The notes below the pieces were generated by a model that worked only from the letters and a program-made list of their open reading frames with translations, made no database searches and was not told the origin of the DNA. A program made the translations under genes and the position numbers. This document shows, in pieces, positions 49,020-60,187 of a stretch of 64,000 nucleotides of DNA (positions are counted from its first letter, which is position 1; the number at the start of each line of letters is the position of its first letter). The stretch comes from Saccharofermentanales bacterium (GTDB taxonomy: Bacteria > Bacillota > Clostridia > Saccharofermentanales > DTU023): positions 2,113-66,112 of the forward strand of contig JBMNTB010000004.1 in assembly GCA_050945515.1 (NCBI GenBank), read 5' to 3'.

Positions 49020-51122
49020 ATGAGACGTACAGACTATTGCGGTCTGATGACCGAGGCAGATATTGGCAAAGATGCCGTCGCCTGCGGCTGGGTAGCCAAT
49101 AAAAGGGATATGGGCGGCGTCATTTTCATTGATCTGGTTGACCATACCGGCGTACTGCAGATTGTCTTTAATCCGCAAAATACGGATCAGAACTCTTTCC
49201 GCCTGGCGGAAACAGTGCGCAACCAGTCAGTAATTGCCGTTTCAGGCTGGATGCGTTTGCGCGATGAAGAGACAGTCAACCCCAAGATCAAGACGGGTAC
49301 GATTGAGCTGCAGGTGCGCCAGGCCGAACTGCTGTCCGCTGCCGGCTCACTGCCCTTCAATCCCGTCGAAGATCATAGTGTGCGGGAAGATCTGCGGCTG
49401 AAATATCGTTTCCTTGATTTGCGCAGCGAACGTCTGCAGAAAAATCTGCGTTTCCGGCATCGGATAGCTAAAGCAATCCGCGATTTCATGGATGAGGAAG
49501 GATTCATTGATGTCGAAACGCCGATGCTGACTCAGAGCACACCGGAAGGCGCCCGCGACTACCTGGTGCCCAGTCGTGTTCATCCCGGCAGTTTCTATGC
49601 TTTGCCACAGTCACCTCAGATTTTTAAACAGCTATTGATGGTGGGCGGCATTGATAAATATTATCAGATTGCCCGCTGTTTCCGTGATGAAGATCTGCGG
49701 TCGGACCGTCAGCCCGAGTTCACTCAGCTGGACCTGGAGATGGCCTTCGTTGAACAAGAAGATGTGCTCGCACTGCTGGAACGTCTGTTCAAATATGTGA
49801 TGAAAACAGGGATAGGTCTGGACATACAGGAGCCTTTCCCCCGGCTGACCTGGGAAGAAGCCATGGACACTTACGGTGTCGATAAACCGGACCTGAGATT
49901 TGAACTGCCGATCATTGATCTTACCGAGATTGCTGCCGAATCGGATTTTACCATTTTTAAGCAGGCAATCAAGGCCGGCGGTGTTGTAAGAGCCATTGTC
50001 GTACCGGGTCAAGCCGATTTCACCCGCAGTACGATCGACCATCTGACTGAATTTGCTATTGAGCAGGGAGCAGGAGGCATGGCCTGGATCGCCTGGCGTC
50101 CTGACGGCGAGATTTACTCCATCCTGACCAAATATTTCTCCGACGAAACCATGCAAAAACTGTTAGCAAAGGCCGGAGCACAGCCCGGCGACTTCATTCT
50201 CTTTTCGGCGGACAAAGTGGCCAAAGCCCGCAAAATCCTGGGTGCTATCCGACTTGAACTGGCAGATCTGCTGGAACTGAGAGATGATTCATATCGTTTC
50301 CTGATCATCACCGATTTCCTAATGTTCGAATACAGCGAAAGCGAAAAGCGTTACCTGGCCCAGCATCATCCGTTCACCATGCCGTATGCGGAGGATATTC
50401 CCTATTTGAAATCGGAACCGGAGCGGGTACATTCGCAGGCCTACGATGTCGTCCTCAATGGCACGGAGCTTGGCTCAGGTTCGATTAGAATTCATGACAG
50501 CGAGGTGCAGCGCCGGGTCTTCAAGGTACTGGGCCTGTCTGAAGCGGAGATTGAACAACGCTTCGGCTTTATGCTCAACGCCTTTGCCTACGGCACACCG
50601 CCCCATGGCGGCTTCGCCTTCGGTCTTGACCGCCTGGTTATGATCCTGCTGGGAGAAGATTCCCTACGCGAAGTAATCGCTTTCCCCAAGACAAAAGATG
50701 CTTCTTGTCTCCTGACCGGTGCGCCTGACCGCGTAGACCGCGAACAATTGGATGAACTCGGCCTCTCCCTGATTGCCGGATTATCAGAGAGCGACCAGCC
50801 GCCAGCAGCCGGCTCCGGCACCGGGAGAAAGCCGATAGAGTTCGATATCAAGCGCCTGGCCCAGATCTCCCGCCTGCGCTTTGATGAGACAGAGCTGACA
50901 CAAATCAGCGAATATCTGGCCGATACCATAGACTGGGCCAGTCAGATAGACAGCATTGATACAGCGGAGTTGGCCCCGACTGATAATGTATATGAAGCCG
51001 CCAATGTGTTCCAAACTGCCGCGATCCCGACCGGTCCGACTCGCGATGAACTGTTGGCAAATGCGCCTGTCAGCCGCGACGGCTGCTTTTTCGTACCTGA
51101 AGTGATTGCATTGGAGGAGTAG
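49020..51122 (+). CDS. aspS: Aspartate-tRNA ligase fused C-terminally to GatC
   Basis: RLKYRFLDLR, TPEGARDYLVPSR, QSPQIFKQLLM, FRDEDLR.DRQPEFTQLD and PPHGG..GLDR. After a 20-aa linker comes a GatC-like domain (IKRLAQISRL...LLANAP...FFVPEV) from about 50832. Confidence 0.9.
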   Translation: MRRTDYCGLMTEADIGKDAVACGWVANKRDMGGVIFIDLVDHTGVLQIVFNPQNTDQNSFRLAETVRNQSVIAVSGWMRLRDEETVNPKIKTGTIELQVRQAELLSAAGSLPFNPVEDHSVREDLRLKYRFLDLRSERLQKNLRFRHRIAKAIRDFMDEEGFIDVETPMLTQSTPEGARDYLVPSRVHPGSFYALPQSPQIFKQLLMVGGIDKYYQIARCFRDEDLRSDRQPEFTQLDLEMAFVEQEDVLALLERLFKYVMKTGIGLDIQEPFPRLTWEEAMDTYGVDKPDLRFELPIIDLTEIAAESDFTIFKQAIKAGGVVRAIVVPGQADFTRSTIDHLTEFAIEQGAGGMAWIAWRPDGEIYSILTKYFSDETMQKLLAKAGAQPGDFILFSADKVAKARKILGAIRLELADLLELRDDSYRFLIITDFLMFEYSESEKRYLAQHHPFTMPYAEDIPYLKSEPERVHSQAYDVVLNGTELGSGSIRIHDSEVQRRVFKVLGLSEAEIEQRFGFMLNAFAYGTPPHGGFAFGLDRLVMILLGEDSLREVIAFPKTKDASCLLTGAPDRVDREQLDELGLSLIAGLSESDQPPAAGSGTGRKPIEFDIKRLAQISRLRFDETELTQISEYLADTIDWASQIDSIDTAELAPTDNVYEAANVFQTAAIPTGPTRDELLANAPVSRDGCFFVPEVIALEE

Positions 51123-51125
51123 CAG

Positions 51126-52574
51126 ATGGATATGCAGAAGATGAATCTAACACAAATGGCGAAGGCTTTGCGAGCCGGAGAATTCTCGGCTGTCGAGTTG
51201 ACCCGCCACTATTTGGCACAGATCGAAGCCCGGGATAAATCAATCAATGCCTATATCACTGTCACTGCCGACCAGGCACTGGCCCAAGCGGCTCAAGTTG
51301 ACCGGGCTCTGATGTCGGGTCAGGACTTGCCGCCTTTGGCCGGCATCCCTCTGGCACTGAAAGATAATATCTGCACTGAGGGAATCCTGACTACGGCAGC
51401 TTCGAAAATGCTCTCTAATTTTGTGCCGCCATACAGCGCCTATGTCTGGCTGAAACTACAGGAACAGATGGGTGTGCTGTTGGGCAAGACTAATCTCGAT
51501 GAACTGTCTTTAGGTACAACTACCGAGTCTTCACTTTTCGGGCCGACGAAAAATCCGCTGGACCTCACCCGCATTCCCGGCGGTAGTTCAGGCGGCTCAG
51601 CCGCTGCCGTAGCCGCGGGAACTGCGGCCTACGCTCTCGGCACTGATACCGGCGGCTCTGTACGTCTACCGGCCGCCCATTGCGGACTGGTCGGTATGAG
51701 ACCGACTTACGGCCTCGTCTCCAAGCGTGGCATCATACCTCTGGCTCCCTCTATGGATATGGTAGGCCCCCTGACGCGCAGCCTGGCTGACAATGCCCTG
51801 GTTCTAAATGCCATTGCCGGCCATGATGCCCAGGATGCCACATCCGCAGACAGGGCGATACCGGATTTCAGCGCCGGACTGAGCAAAGGTGTCAACGGCC
51901 TGCGCATTGGCCTGACCCTTGACCATCTGGAAACCAAAGTCACAGCAGACTTCAAAGCAGCTATCCTCAAAACAGCGGCAGATCTGGAAACATCCGGAGC
52001 CAAAATCGTCGAGCTGGCCCCACGGCAACTGGAAAGCGCCTTTCCGGTCTATTATCTGCTGTCAAGTGCTGAAGTTTCCTCCGGCCTCGGCCGTTTGGAC
52101 GGCATCCATTATGGCTACCGCAGCTCTGATTATGAAGATCTGGAAGATATTTACTACAACAGTCGCAGCGAAGGCTTTGGCCCGGAGGTTAAGCGCCGCA
52201 TCATGCTGGGCAACTTTGTACTCAGCGCCGACTACTATGAAGCTTTCTATGTCAAAGCACAAAAGGTCAGAACTTTCATCAAAAACGAATTTGACAAAAT
52301 GCTGGAACAAGTCGATCTGATTTTACTGCCGACAACAACGGATGTTACGCCGAAACTGGGAGCAAAAAAGAGTAAAGAAGATACCCGCAACGTTAATTTT
52401 TTCAGCGTTCTGGCACCTCTAACCGGTCTGCCGGCGCTGTCTGTCCCTACCGGCTCGCGGGTAGAGAATCTGCCGGTCAGCGTACAGCTGATCGGGCCTG
52501 CTTTCAGTGAAGCTCTACTATATCAGGCAGGTGCTGCTATTATGGACGGTACCGGAGAGGAGACTGCACAATGA
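51126..52574 (+). CDS. gatA: Asp/Glu-tRNA amidotransferase subunit A
   Basis: Amidase signature KDNI, GGSSGGS, GTDTGGS, GPEVKRRIMLG. Confidence 0.93.
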   Translation: MDMQKMNLTQMAKALRAGEFSAVELTRHYLAQIEARDKSINAYITVTADQALAQAAQVDRALMSGQDLPPLAGIPLALKDNICTEGILTTAASKMLSNFVPPYSAYVWLKLQEQMGVLLGKTNLDELSLGTTTESSLFGPTKNPLDLTRIPGGSSGGSAAAVAAGTAAYALGTDTGGSVRLPAAHCGLVGMRPTYGLVSKRGIIPLAPSMDMVGPLTRSLADNALVLNAIAGHDAQDATSADRAIPDFSAGLSKGVNGLRIGLTLDHLETKVTADFKAAILKTAADLETSGAKIVELAPRQLESAFPVYYLLSSAEVSSGLGRLDGIHYGYRSSDYEDLEDIYYNSRSEGFGPEVKRRIMLGNFVLSADYYEAFYVKAQKVRTFIKNEFDKMLEQVDLILLPTTTDVTPKLGAKKSKEDTRNVNFFSVLAPLTGLPALSVPTGSRVENLPVSVQLIGPAFSEALLYQAGAAIMDGTGEETAQ

Positions 52575-54010
52575 CTAAATATGAAGCGGTCATCGGGCTC
52601 GAAGTGCATGTCGAGCTGATGACGGAGCGCAAGATCACCTGTTATTGCAAAAATGAATTCGGAGCTGAACCGAATGTCAATACCTGCCCGATTTGCCTCG
52701 GCATGCCCGGAGCACTGCCGATGTTAAACCGCCAAGCGCTGGAATTTGCCATCAAAGCCGGCCTGGCCTGTCATTGTGAGATTGCACCCTACTCGCAGAT
52801 GGAGCGCAAGAATTACTTTTATCCCGATCTGCCCAAAGCCTATCAGATCACCCAGGGTCAGCACCCGCTCTGTATCGGCGGCTATCTCGACATTGAGACC
52901 CGCGCCGGCAAAAAGCGCGTTCGTCTCAATCGCATTCATATCGAAGAAGATGCCGGCAAGCTCATCCATCTGGAAGGCGAAGGCACCCTGGTCGATCTCA
53001 ACCGCGCCGGTGTTCCCTTGATTGAAATCGTCACCGAGCCTGATCTGAGCTCGCCTGAAGAAGTCGATGCCTTCTTGCGCAAGATCCGCGCCATGGTACA
53101 GTACACCGGTGTCTCAGACGGCCGGATGGACCGCGGCTCCATGCGCTGTGATGTCAATCTCTCTATCCGCCCGGCAGGCACGGAGGAACTGGGCACCCGC
53201 ACAGAGATGAAGAATCTCAACTCTTTCAATTTCGTGACGAAGGCGCTTGAGCATGAATATCAGCGACAGGTCGAAATCCTCGAATCCGGCGGCGTGATCG
53301 AGCAGGAGACCAGGCGCTTCGACTCAGCTACCGGCACTTCCTCTTCTTTGCGCAGCAAGGAAGATGCCACGGACTACCGTTACTTCCCCGATCCTGATCT
53401 GGTACCGATCCTAGTCAGCCCGGAAGAAGTGGCCGCCATCCGGGCCACGATTCCCCGCCTGCCCGACGTCCGGATCGCAGAATATGTTGAACGTTGGGAA
53501 CTCCCCGAATACGATGCCAATCTCCTGACCAATGACATCAGGATTGCCGATTTCTTTGAAGAAGCAGCTGTACACACGAACTATCCCAAGATCGCAGCCA
53601 ATCTGATCATTGCCGATCTGCTGCCGGGACTGGCTGAAGAAGGCGATGTACCGCTGGCACCCGAACAGCTGTCGGTTTTATCCGATTTGCTGGGAACAGA
53701 AGAGATCAATAGCAATACCGGGCGCAAAGTCTTCAAGACCATGATCAGCTCTCAGGATCAGATTGATCCCCTCGCCTATGTCGAAGAGCATCAGCTCAAA
53801 CAGATTAATGATCCTGAAATACTGGCAGGCTATGTCACAGAAGCCCTGTCCGCCAGTGCCAAAGCAGTCAAAGACTACCGCAGGGGTAAGGAAGCCGCTC
53901 TCAGATCAATTATCGGCCAGGTGATGCGAGCCACCTCCGGCCGGGCCAATCCCATCCTGACGGAAGAGATGATCAAAGACAAGATCGCCGCCCTGCCCGA
54001 GCCTGAGTAA
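52571..54010 (+). CDS. gatB: Asp/Glu-tRNA amidotransferase subunit B
   Basis: IGLEVHVEL, RKNYFYPDLPK.YQI, HIEEDAGK, RCDVN and YRYFPDPDL. Confidence 0.96.
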   Translation: MTKYEAVIGLEVHVELMTERKITCYCKNEFGAEPNVNTCPICLGMPGALPMLNRQALEFAIKAGLACHCEIAPYSQMERKNYFYPDLPKAYQITQGQHPLCIGGYLDIETRAGKKRVRLNRIHIEEDAGKLIHLEGEGTLVDLNRAGVPLIEIVTEPDLSSPEEVDAFLRKIRAMVQYTGVSDGRMDRGSMRCDVNLSIRPAGTEELGTRTEMKNLNSFNFVTKALEHEYQRQVEILESGGVIEQETRRFDSATGTSSSLRSKEDATDYRYFPDPDLVPILVSPEEVAAIRATIPRLPDVRIAEYVERWELPEYDANLLTNDIRIADFFEEAAVHTNYPKIAANLIIADLLPGLAEEGDVPLAPEQLSVLSDLLGTEEINSNTGRKVFKTMISSQDQIDPLAYVEEHQLKQINDPEILAGYVTEALSASAKAVKDYRRGKEAALRSIIGQVMRATSGRANPILTEEMIKDKIAALPEPE

Positions 54011-54024
54011 AACCGATTTTGCAA

Positions 54025-55434
54025 TTATCCTAACAGAATATCTGCTTCGGGGTAAATAACCCGGCTGGGTTCTTCTTGTCTGCTCAGGCTGAGCGCAAAG
54101 GAGATAGGGCCGACGCGACCGATGAACATGCAAAAGACCAGTACCAGGCGCGAGGTCAGATGCAGTATCGGCGTGCCGAAGGCGGTCAGACCGACCGTGC
54201 CGAAAGCCGATCCCACCTCGAACATGATGTCGAGAAAAGAAAGCTGCTGATTGCCGATTATCTCATTCTCCAGGATAGAAATTGCTACTGTCGCTGAGAG
54301 TATGATCAGCAAGGACAGGGCAAAAATTGTACTGGCACGTCTGGCAGTTGATTTGCGGATATAGTGCTTAGACATAATAATCGATGGTTGCCGGCGAATA
54401 TCAGAGATAATACCGGAAGCTACAGCGGCCATTGTAGTGACTTTAATGCCGCCGCCGGTGCTGGCCGGAGCAGCGCCAATGAACATCAGGGCCACAGTTA
54501 GAAATTTTGAACTATCAGCCAGGCTCATCTGATCAATACTATTAAAGCCCGCTGTTCGGGTAGATACACTTTGGAAAATGGCAGCAAACGGCTGTTGATA
54601 CCAGGGCAAATTGCCCAATGCTGTGGCTGAACTCGTATTCCTGAACTCCAGCAGCCAGTACAAAACAGCTCCTGACAGGATCAAAATGGTTGTCATTTTA
54701 AGTACCAGCCTACTGTGGAACAACAGCTTGTTTCCCCGCTTGCGCGTGAAAATATTAAACCAGACCATGAAACCGAGACCACCGGACACAATCAGAACTG
54801 CCGTCACCATGAGAATAATAGGATCATGATTGAAGGCAGTAAGACTGACAAAACCGCCGTTGTCGGCATTGCCATGGAGATCGAAGCCGGCGTTGCAAAA
54901 TGCCGAAACAGCGTGAAATAATCCTTTCCAGATCGCTGCCGAACCGTAATATGGCCAAAAACGCCAGATCAGCAATATAGCACCAATACTTTCCGCGGTC
55001 AGAGTAAAACCGATGATCCAACGCAATAGCTTGGTCAATTCGACCCAACCCGGACTGGAGGTACTTTCCCGGGCCAGCTCAATTTGACGCCAGGATTGAA
55101 CTTTAGAAAAGAAAGTATAGAAAGCACCGACAATAGTCGCCAGACCCAGACCACCAACTTGAATCAGTAGCAAAATGATAGCCTGACCGGCAGTTGACCA
55201 GTAAGTGCCGGTATCTACCACCACAAGCCCTGTCACACAGGTGGCGGAAGTCGAAGTAAACAAAGTCACACCGGGGCTTGTCCACTGTCCCGCTGCGCTG
55301 GCAAAAGGAAAGACCAGCAACACTGTACCAGTGAGAATAACCGTCGCAAAGGAAATCACAATCAACCGCACCGGATTGCTCAGCAGTTTTTCCAGCCGGG
55401 ACTTCTGTTTGGATCTGATGTGCAACAAAGGCAT
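54025..55434 (-). CDS. trkH: TrkH/KtrB potassium uptake membrane subunit
   Basis: SATCVTGL, SAFCNAGF, RTAGFN and SAFGTVGL pore-loop motifs. Confidence 0.93.
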   Translation of the reverse strand: MPLLHIRSKQKSRLEKLLSNPVRLIVISFATVILTGTVLLVFPFASAAGQWTSPGVTLFTSTSATCVTGLVVVDTGTYWSTAGQAIILLLIQVGGLGLATIVGAFYTFFSKVQSWRQIELARESTSSPGWVELTKLLRWIIGFTLTAESIGAILLIWRFWPYYGSAAIWKGLFHAVSAFCNAGFDLHGNADNGGFVSLTAFNHDPIILMVTAVLIVSGGLGFMVWFNIFTRKRGNKLLFHSRLVLKMTTILILSGAVLYWLLEFRNTSSATALGNLPWYQQPFAAIFQSVSTRTAGFNSIDQMSLADSSKFLTVALMFIGAAPASTGGGIKVTTMAAVASGIISDIRRQPSIIMSKHYIRKSTARRASTIFALSLLIILSATVAISILENEIIGNQQLSFLDIMFEVGSAFGTVGLTAFGTPILHLTSRLVLVFCMFIGRVGPISFALSLSRQEEPSRVIYPEADILLG

Positions 55435-55436
55435 GA

Positions 55437-56117
55437 TTATATATCCTCTACTGCCACCATCTCAGCATAGATAGCATCGTAGTCCTCGCCTCCGGCCACT
55501 AAAAACAGCTGGTCACCGGCCTGCATAACACTACTGCCCCGGGGAACCTCAGCCTGACCGTCCTTATGAACAATATAAACAACTTTGGTCTGGCCGGGGA
55601 AATCATATTCCGCCAATACCTTCCCCACCGCCTGTGAACTGGGTGACAGCTCAATTTCCAAGATATTGATCTCTTGATTAGGAATACTGTACACGACCCG
55701 CATACCCTCCCAGGCGATATCCTGTTCGATAATATCGGCTAGAATAAGTGCCCGACTATAGACCAGGTCAACCTTAAGCAGCTGAAACAACTCCGTATTG
55801 GCGGGATTATTCACATGTGCGACTGTATTGCGCACGTCAAACACAGTTTTTGCAATATGGCATCCGACCAGATTATCCTCATCCTTGCCTGTAACGGCGA
55901 TATAATAGTCCGCCTTCAAGCAATCGGCCTCAGCCAAAACTTTAAGATCAGTGCCATCGCCGTGCAGAACCCTTACCGTTTCAAATTGGCTGGCGATCTC
56001 CGCACTCACTTCTTCAATCTGTTCGATCAGCGTGATATCGTAGCCATTATCATTTTTGATCAGAGTCTCAATCAGATAATGTGCTAATTTGCCGCCGCCT
56101 ACAATAATAATTCTCAT
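55437..56117 (-). CDS. trkA: TrkA family K+ transport regulatory subunit
   Basis: IIIVGGGKL Rossmann motif, HGDGT, and a TrkA_C domain. Confidence 0.92.
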   Translation of the reverse strand: MRIIIVGGGKLAHYLIETLIKNDNGYDITLIEQIEEVSAEIASQFETVRVLHGDGTDLKVLAEADCLKADYYIAVTGKDEDNLVGCHIAKTVFDVRNTVAHVNNPANTELFQLLKVDLVYSRALILADIIEQDIAWEGMRVVYSIPNQEINILEIELSPSSQAVGKVLAEYDFPGQTKVVYIVHKDGQAEVPRGSSVMQAGDQLFLVAGGEDYDAIYAEMVAVEDI

Positions 56118-56128
56118 CTCAGCAGCTC

Positions 56129-56737
56129 CTAATTCAGATCCGCCATGATGATCTGATCCCCGGCCTTGAGGATCAGTTCAGCGGAAAGTGGTAAAGTTCT
56201 ATTCTGACGACGAATACCAAAGATAATCTGATCTGAAGCGGACTGGACGTCCGCAATCTTCGAACCAACCAGTTCTTCCGGCACATCGACCAAAGAATAA
56301 GTGACAGTATTATTAAACAGCCGGTGCTGCATTACTGTTTCTTCATCATCCATTGAACTCAGAAAAGCAGCGACAGTAAATTTCGTCGAGGAAATTGTTT
56401 GCATGCCCAGAGCCTGAAAAACATCTTTTTTCTGGGGATTATATAGTCTGGTCAGTACTCGAGGCACAGCAAAAATCTTGGTCGCAACCCAAGTGGCCAT
56501 AATATTGATATTATCGGAATCGGCCACACAACAGACGACATCCGCTGTCTCGATTTGTGCCCTGCGGAGAACTTCCTTGTCCGTCATATCGCCGAGGATT
56601 TTGACGCAGGGGATATGCTCTGCCAGCCGCAAGGATTCCGGCTTGATATCGACGAGGATGACCTGGTCATCTCGGTCCAGAAGCGCGGTGGCCAGTTCCC
56701 TGCCCAATTTCCCGGCGCCAATAATCAATACTTGCAT
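56129..56737 (-). CDS. trkA: TrkA family K+ transport regulatory subunit (second copy)
   Basis: VLIIGAGKLG, LGD and DNIN motifs. Confidence 0.9.
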   Translation of the reverse strand: MQVLIIGAGKLGRELATALLDRDDQVILVDIKPESLRLAEHIPCVKILGDMTDKEVLRRAQIETADVVCCVADSDNINIMATWVATKIFAVPRVLTRLYNPQKKDVFQALGMQTISSTKFTVAAFLSSMDDEETVMQHRLFNNTVTYSLVDVPEELVGSKIADVQSASDQIIFGIRRQNRTLPLSAELILKAGDQIIMADLN

Positions 56738-56784
56738 ATAAAATTGCTACTCCTTAACGAATTACCTTATGACAAATTTTAGCA

Positions 56785-57627
56785 CTATTGCGCCAAAAGT
56801 AGCAGTTCCCGCAAGAGAGTGCAGCCCACAATGGTAGAAACACCGCTGCTATCGAGCTGAGGCGCAAGCTCAACCAGATCAAAGCCAACCAGGTTCACGC
56901 CCCGGAGCGACAGCAGTGCCGTCAGCAGCTCCCTGAAGCTGACACCACCGGGCTCGGGCGTTCCGGTCCCGGGCAAAATTGAAGGATCCAGCACATCCAG
57001 ATCTAAAGTCAGATAAACCGGTCTGGCGCCCAGCTGCATTTTCAATGCAGCCAGATCGGCCAGCGAGAAAGGATGAAAATCCAAATTTGCCGCCGCGAAG
57101 GCAAATTCTTCTTTCAGGCCCGATCTGACACCGAAACTATGGATCACAGTACCGGCCTCTTCATGAATCCGCCGCAAAACAGTGGCATGTGAATACTTAG
57201 AGCCAAGATATTCTTCCCTGAGATCAGCATGAGCATCGAGATGAATGATATGCAATTCAGGATACTTAGTCAGCAGTGCTCGCACAACTGCTAAGCTGAG
57301 CAGATGTTCACCGCCGATCATAACCGGCATTTTTTCCTGCTTGACTACTGACAGCACATATTCTTCAATCAGCTGCAAAGCAACACAGGGATCGCCAAAG
57401 GGAAGTTCCAGGTCCCCTGCATCATGTAAAGGCAAGGAGAGCTCTTGCTCCTGATAAGGACTGTAATACTCAATGCCATAAGCGGCTTCCCGCATAGCGG
57501 AAGGCCCAAAGCGCGAGCCGGGGCGGAAAGAAGCAGTGCCGTCATAAGGAGCACCGAAGATGATCTGCTCCGCCGCCGCCAAATCCGTCTCCAGATCAAA
57601 GAAATTGGGAACTTTCGGTTTATTCAT
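56785..57627 (-). CDS. speB: Agmatinase
   Basis: GAPYDGTASFRPGSRFGP, GGEH, DAHAD, DLDVLDP...GTGTPE. Confidence 0.95.
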   Translation of the reverse strand: MNKPKVPNFFDLETDLAAAEQIIFGAPYDGTASFRPGSRFGPSAMREAAYGIEYYSPYQEQELSLPLHDAGDLELPFGDPCVALQLIEEYVLSVVKQEKMPVMIGGEHLLSLAVVRALLTKYPELHIIHLDAHADLREEYLGSKYSHATVLRRIHEEAGTVIHSFGVRSGLKEEFAFAAANLDFHPFSLADLAALKMQLGARPVYLTLDLDVLDPSILPGTGTPEPGGVSFRELLTALLSLRGVNLVGFDLVELAPQLDSSGVSTIVGCTLLRELLLLAQ

Positions 57628-57737
57628 CTCATACCTCTAAACCACTTGTAACACTATCAAAACAGCCGGCAGCCTTCTGAAGCCAACCGCCGACACCTCA
57701 AGGATATCACTACTTGAGCAAAATCGTTCGCCACTGA

Positions 57738-58598
57738 TTACTCTACACCCGACTCCAGCAATTCCTTGACATAGGTCGGCAGCTGAAAGCAGCCGGTATG
57801 GAGATCCGTATTGTAGTAGCGCGTATACAAGCCTCTGGCATTCCAGCGCTCGGCATCAAAATCCTGCAAGGGATCCCAACGCTTGGAAGCAAAACCAAAG
57901 AGCCAGTGTCCCGAGGGATAGCATGGGATATGAGCCTGATAGACGCGGACCAGCGGGAAAGTCGCTGTCAGGCGCTGATAAATCAGCCTGGCCTCTTCTG
58001 CATCAGCCGGATAAAAAGGGCTCTCATGCTGGTTGACCAGAATACCGTCTGCGCGCAGAGCGCGGTGGCAATTACCATAAAACTCTTTGGTAAACAGACT
58101 TTCACCGGGTCCAAAGGGATCGGTGGAATCAATCACGATCAGATCGTATTTATCAGTATTATGGCGAACAAATTTTAAGCCATCGGCAAAAATCAGGTTG
58201 AGCCGGGGATCGTCATAGGCGGCAGCGACCTGCGGCAGAAAACGCCGGCATTGATTAACAACCTCGCTGTCTATTTCCACCATATCGATCTGCTCAATCT
58301 CCGGATAGCGGCAGAGTTCCCGCAAAGATCCGCCATCTCCGCCGCCGATCAAGAGGACATTTTGCACTTTAGGATGTACTGCCATCGGAACATGAATGAT
58401 CATATCGTGATAAATAAACTCATCTTTTTCCGTCAGCATGACCAGGCCGTCCAACGTCAATACCCGACCGAAAGTCGGAGTCTCAAAGATTTCGATTGCT
58501 TGAAACTCGCTTTGCATAGCGACCAATTCGCGAGTAACTCTCATACCCAACCGAGTATTTTCGTCATGATACTCGGCAAACCACAATTCCTTAGTCAT
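57738..58598 (-). CDS. speE: Spermidine synthase (polyamine aminopropyltransferase)
   Basis: FGRVLTLDG, VLLIGGGDGG, IDSTDPFGPG, IPCYPSGHW. Confidence 0.95.
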   Translation of the reverse strand: MTKELWFAEYHDENTRLGMRVTRELVAMQSEFQAIEIFETPTFGRVLTLDGLVMLTEKDEFIYHDMIIHVPMAVHPKVQNVLLIGGGDGGSLRELCRYPEIEQIDMVEIDSEVVNQCRRFLPQVAAAYDDPRLNLIFADGLKFVRHNTDKYDLIVIDSTDPFGPGESLFTKEFYGNCHRALRADGILVNQHESPFYPADAEEARLIYQRLTATFPLVRVYQAHIPCYPSGHWLFGFASKRWDPLQDFDAERWNARGLYTRYYNTDLHTGCFQLPTYVKELLESGVE

Positions 58599-58615
58599 CT
58601 TTGTTCTCCTTCCCA

Positions 58616-60187
58616 TTACAGCCTGACCACATGCAGATACTCGACTTTGTCATCCTCAGTGCCGGTCAGCAGACTGCCTTTTGCTCTGGCATATTCTATA
58701 TAATCTATAACATCTTTGGTAACTTTTTCGCCCGGCGCCAGAATCGGAATCCCCGGGGGATAACACATAATTGACTCCGCAGCAATTCTGCCCTCGGCTG
58801 CCAGAAGCGGCAACAGATCTGTCTTGGCGTAGAAAGCTTCGGCCGGCGTCATCTCGACGATCGGCTTGACATATTCATTGGCCAGCAGACCGGACGGCTC
58901 TTTGCCATAGCGCTCCAGAATCTCTACCAGAGCGGCAATCAAGCGTTCAATTACCACAGCCCGATCACCTACCGAGATGATGGCCAGGAAATTCCCCAGA
59001 TCACCGAACTCAACCTGAATATCGTACTCATCCCGCAGCAGATCGTGCACTTCAATGCCGGCCAGACCGATAGAGCGCGTATGCACTGACAGCTTGGTCA
59101 GATCAAATTCATAAAAGGCATCTCCGTCCGTCTTCTCATTGCTGAAAGCATCATAGCCGCCGATCTGATTGATCTCCGACCTGGCATAATTGGCCAGCTT
59201 GATAACCCGATCATAGATTTCCCGGCCCTTGAACGCCAACAATCTCCTGGTCAAATCCAGAGACACCATCAGCAGATAAGAAGCGCTGGTCGTCTGGGAT
59301 AGATTGACAATCTGACGAATATAGCCGGCGTCGCTCCTAACGCCTTCGCCTAATAAAAGCAACGAACTTTGCGTCAATGATCCTCCGGTCTTGTGCAAAG
59401 AGACCGCCGCCATATCCGCTCCCGCCTCCATGGCCGAAACGGGGAGGTCGGGGCTGAAATGGAAATGAGTGCCGTGCGCTTCATCGACCAGCACCCTCAT
59501 ACCGGCCTCATGTGCCAACCGGGTGATCTCTTTCAGATTGGAACAAACACCGTAATAAGTCGGATGATTGACCAGGACGGCTTTGGCCTTGGGATGCTCA
59601 CGGATTGTCTTCGCGATCTCCGCCGGAGACATGCCCAGAGGAATGCCCAATCCTGTGTGCACGCCCGGATTGACATAGACCGGTGTCCCTCGGGCCAGAA
59701 TCAGAGAATTGATCACACTGCGATGGACATTGCGCGGCAGAATCAGCTCATCTCCCGGATTCAGCGAAGACAAGATCATGCCCTGGATGGCACTGCTGGT
59801 ACCATTGACCATGAAAAAGGCATCCGCCGCCCGGAAAGCCTGGGCCGTCAGGACTTCAGCTTCTCTGATTACGGACGTGGGATGGATAAGACTATCCACC
59901 ATTTTCATGGAGTTGACATCCACGGTCAGGCAGTCTTCACCCAGATAGGCCCGCAAGTCGGGATTGCCCCGTCCCTGTTTATGTCCTGGCACATCAAAGG
60001 GCACGATGCGCTTGCTGCGGTAGAGACTCACAGCCTCGTACAAAGGCGCTTTGGCCTGGGGATTGCCTGGGTATAGTGCTTCATAATCAGGCATCTCGTT
60101 GCCCTGACCGAGCAGAGTACCGTTAAGAATCCGGCGCAATCTCTCCGGCGGCACAGGGCGAGCTTTTCCGGATTCAGTCATAGACAT
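58616..60187 (-). CDS. speA: Arginine/lysine/ornithine decarboxylase (fold-type I), probably arginine decarboxylase
   Basis: [39 protein letters not shown] and YPPGIP. It lies in an operon with speB/speE/speD. Confidence 0.85.
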   Translation of the reverse strand: MSMTESGKARPVPPERLRRILNGTLLGQGNEMPDYEALYPGNPQAKAPLYEAVSLYRSKRIVPFDVPGHKQGRGNPDLRAYLGEDCLTVDVNSMKMVDSLIHPTSVIREAEVLTAQAFRAADAFFMVNGTSSAIQGMILSSLNPGDELILPRNVHRSVINSLILARGTPVYVNPGVHTGLGIPLGMSPAEIAKTIREHPKAKAVLVNHPTYYGVCSNLKEITRLAHEAGMRVLVDEAHGTHFHFSPDLPVSAMEAGADMAAVSLHKTGGSLTQSSLLLLGEGVRSDAGYIRQIVNLSQTTSASYLLMVSLDLTRRLLAFKGREIYDRVIKLANYARSEINQIGGYDAFSNEKTDGDAFYEFDLTKLSVHTRSIGLAGIEVHDLLRDEYDIQVEFGDLGNFLAIISVGDRAVVIERLIAALVEILERYGKEPSGLLANEYVKPIVEMTPAEAFYAKTDLLPLLAAEGRIAAESIMCYPPGIPILAPGEKVTKDVIDYIEYARAKGSLLTGTEDDKVEYLHVVRL

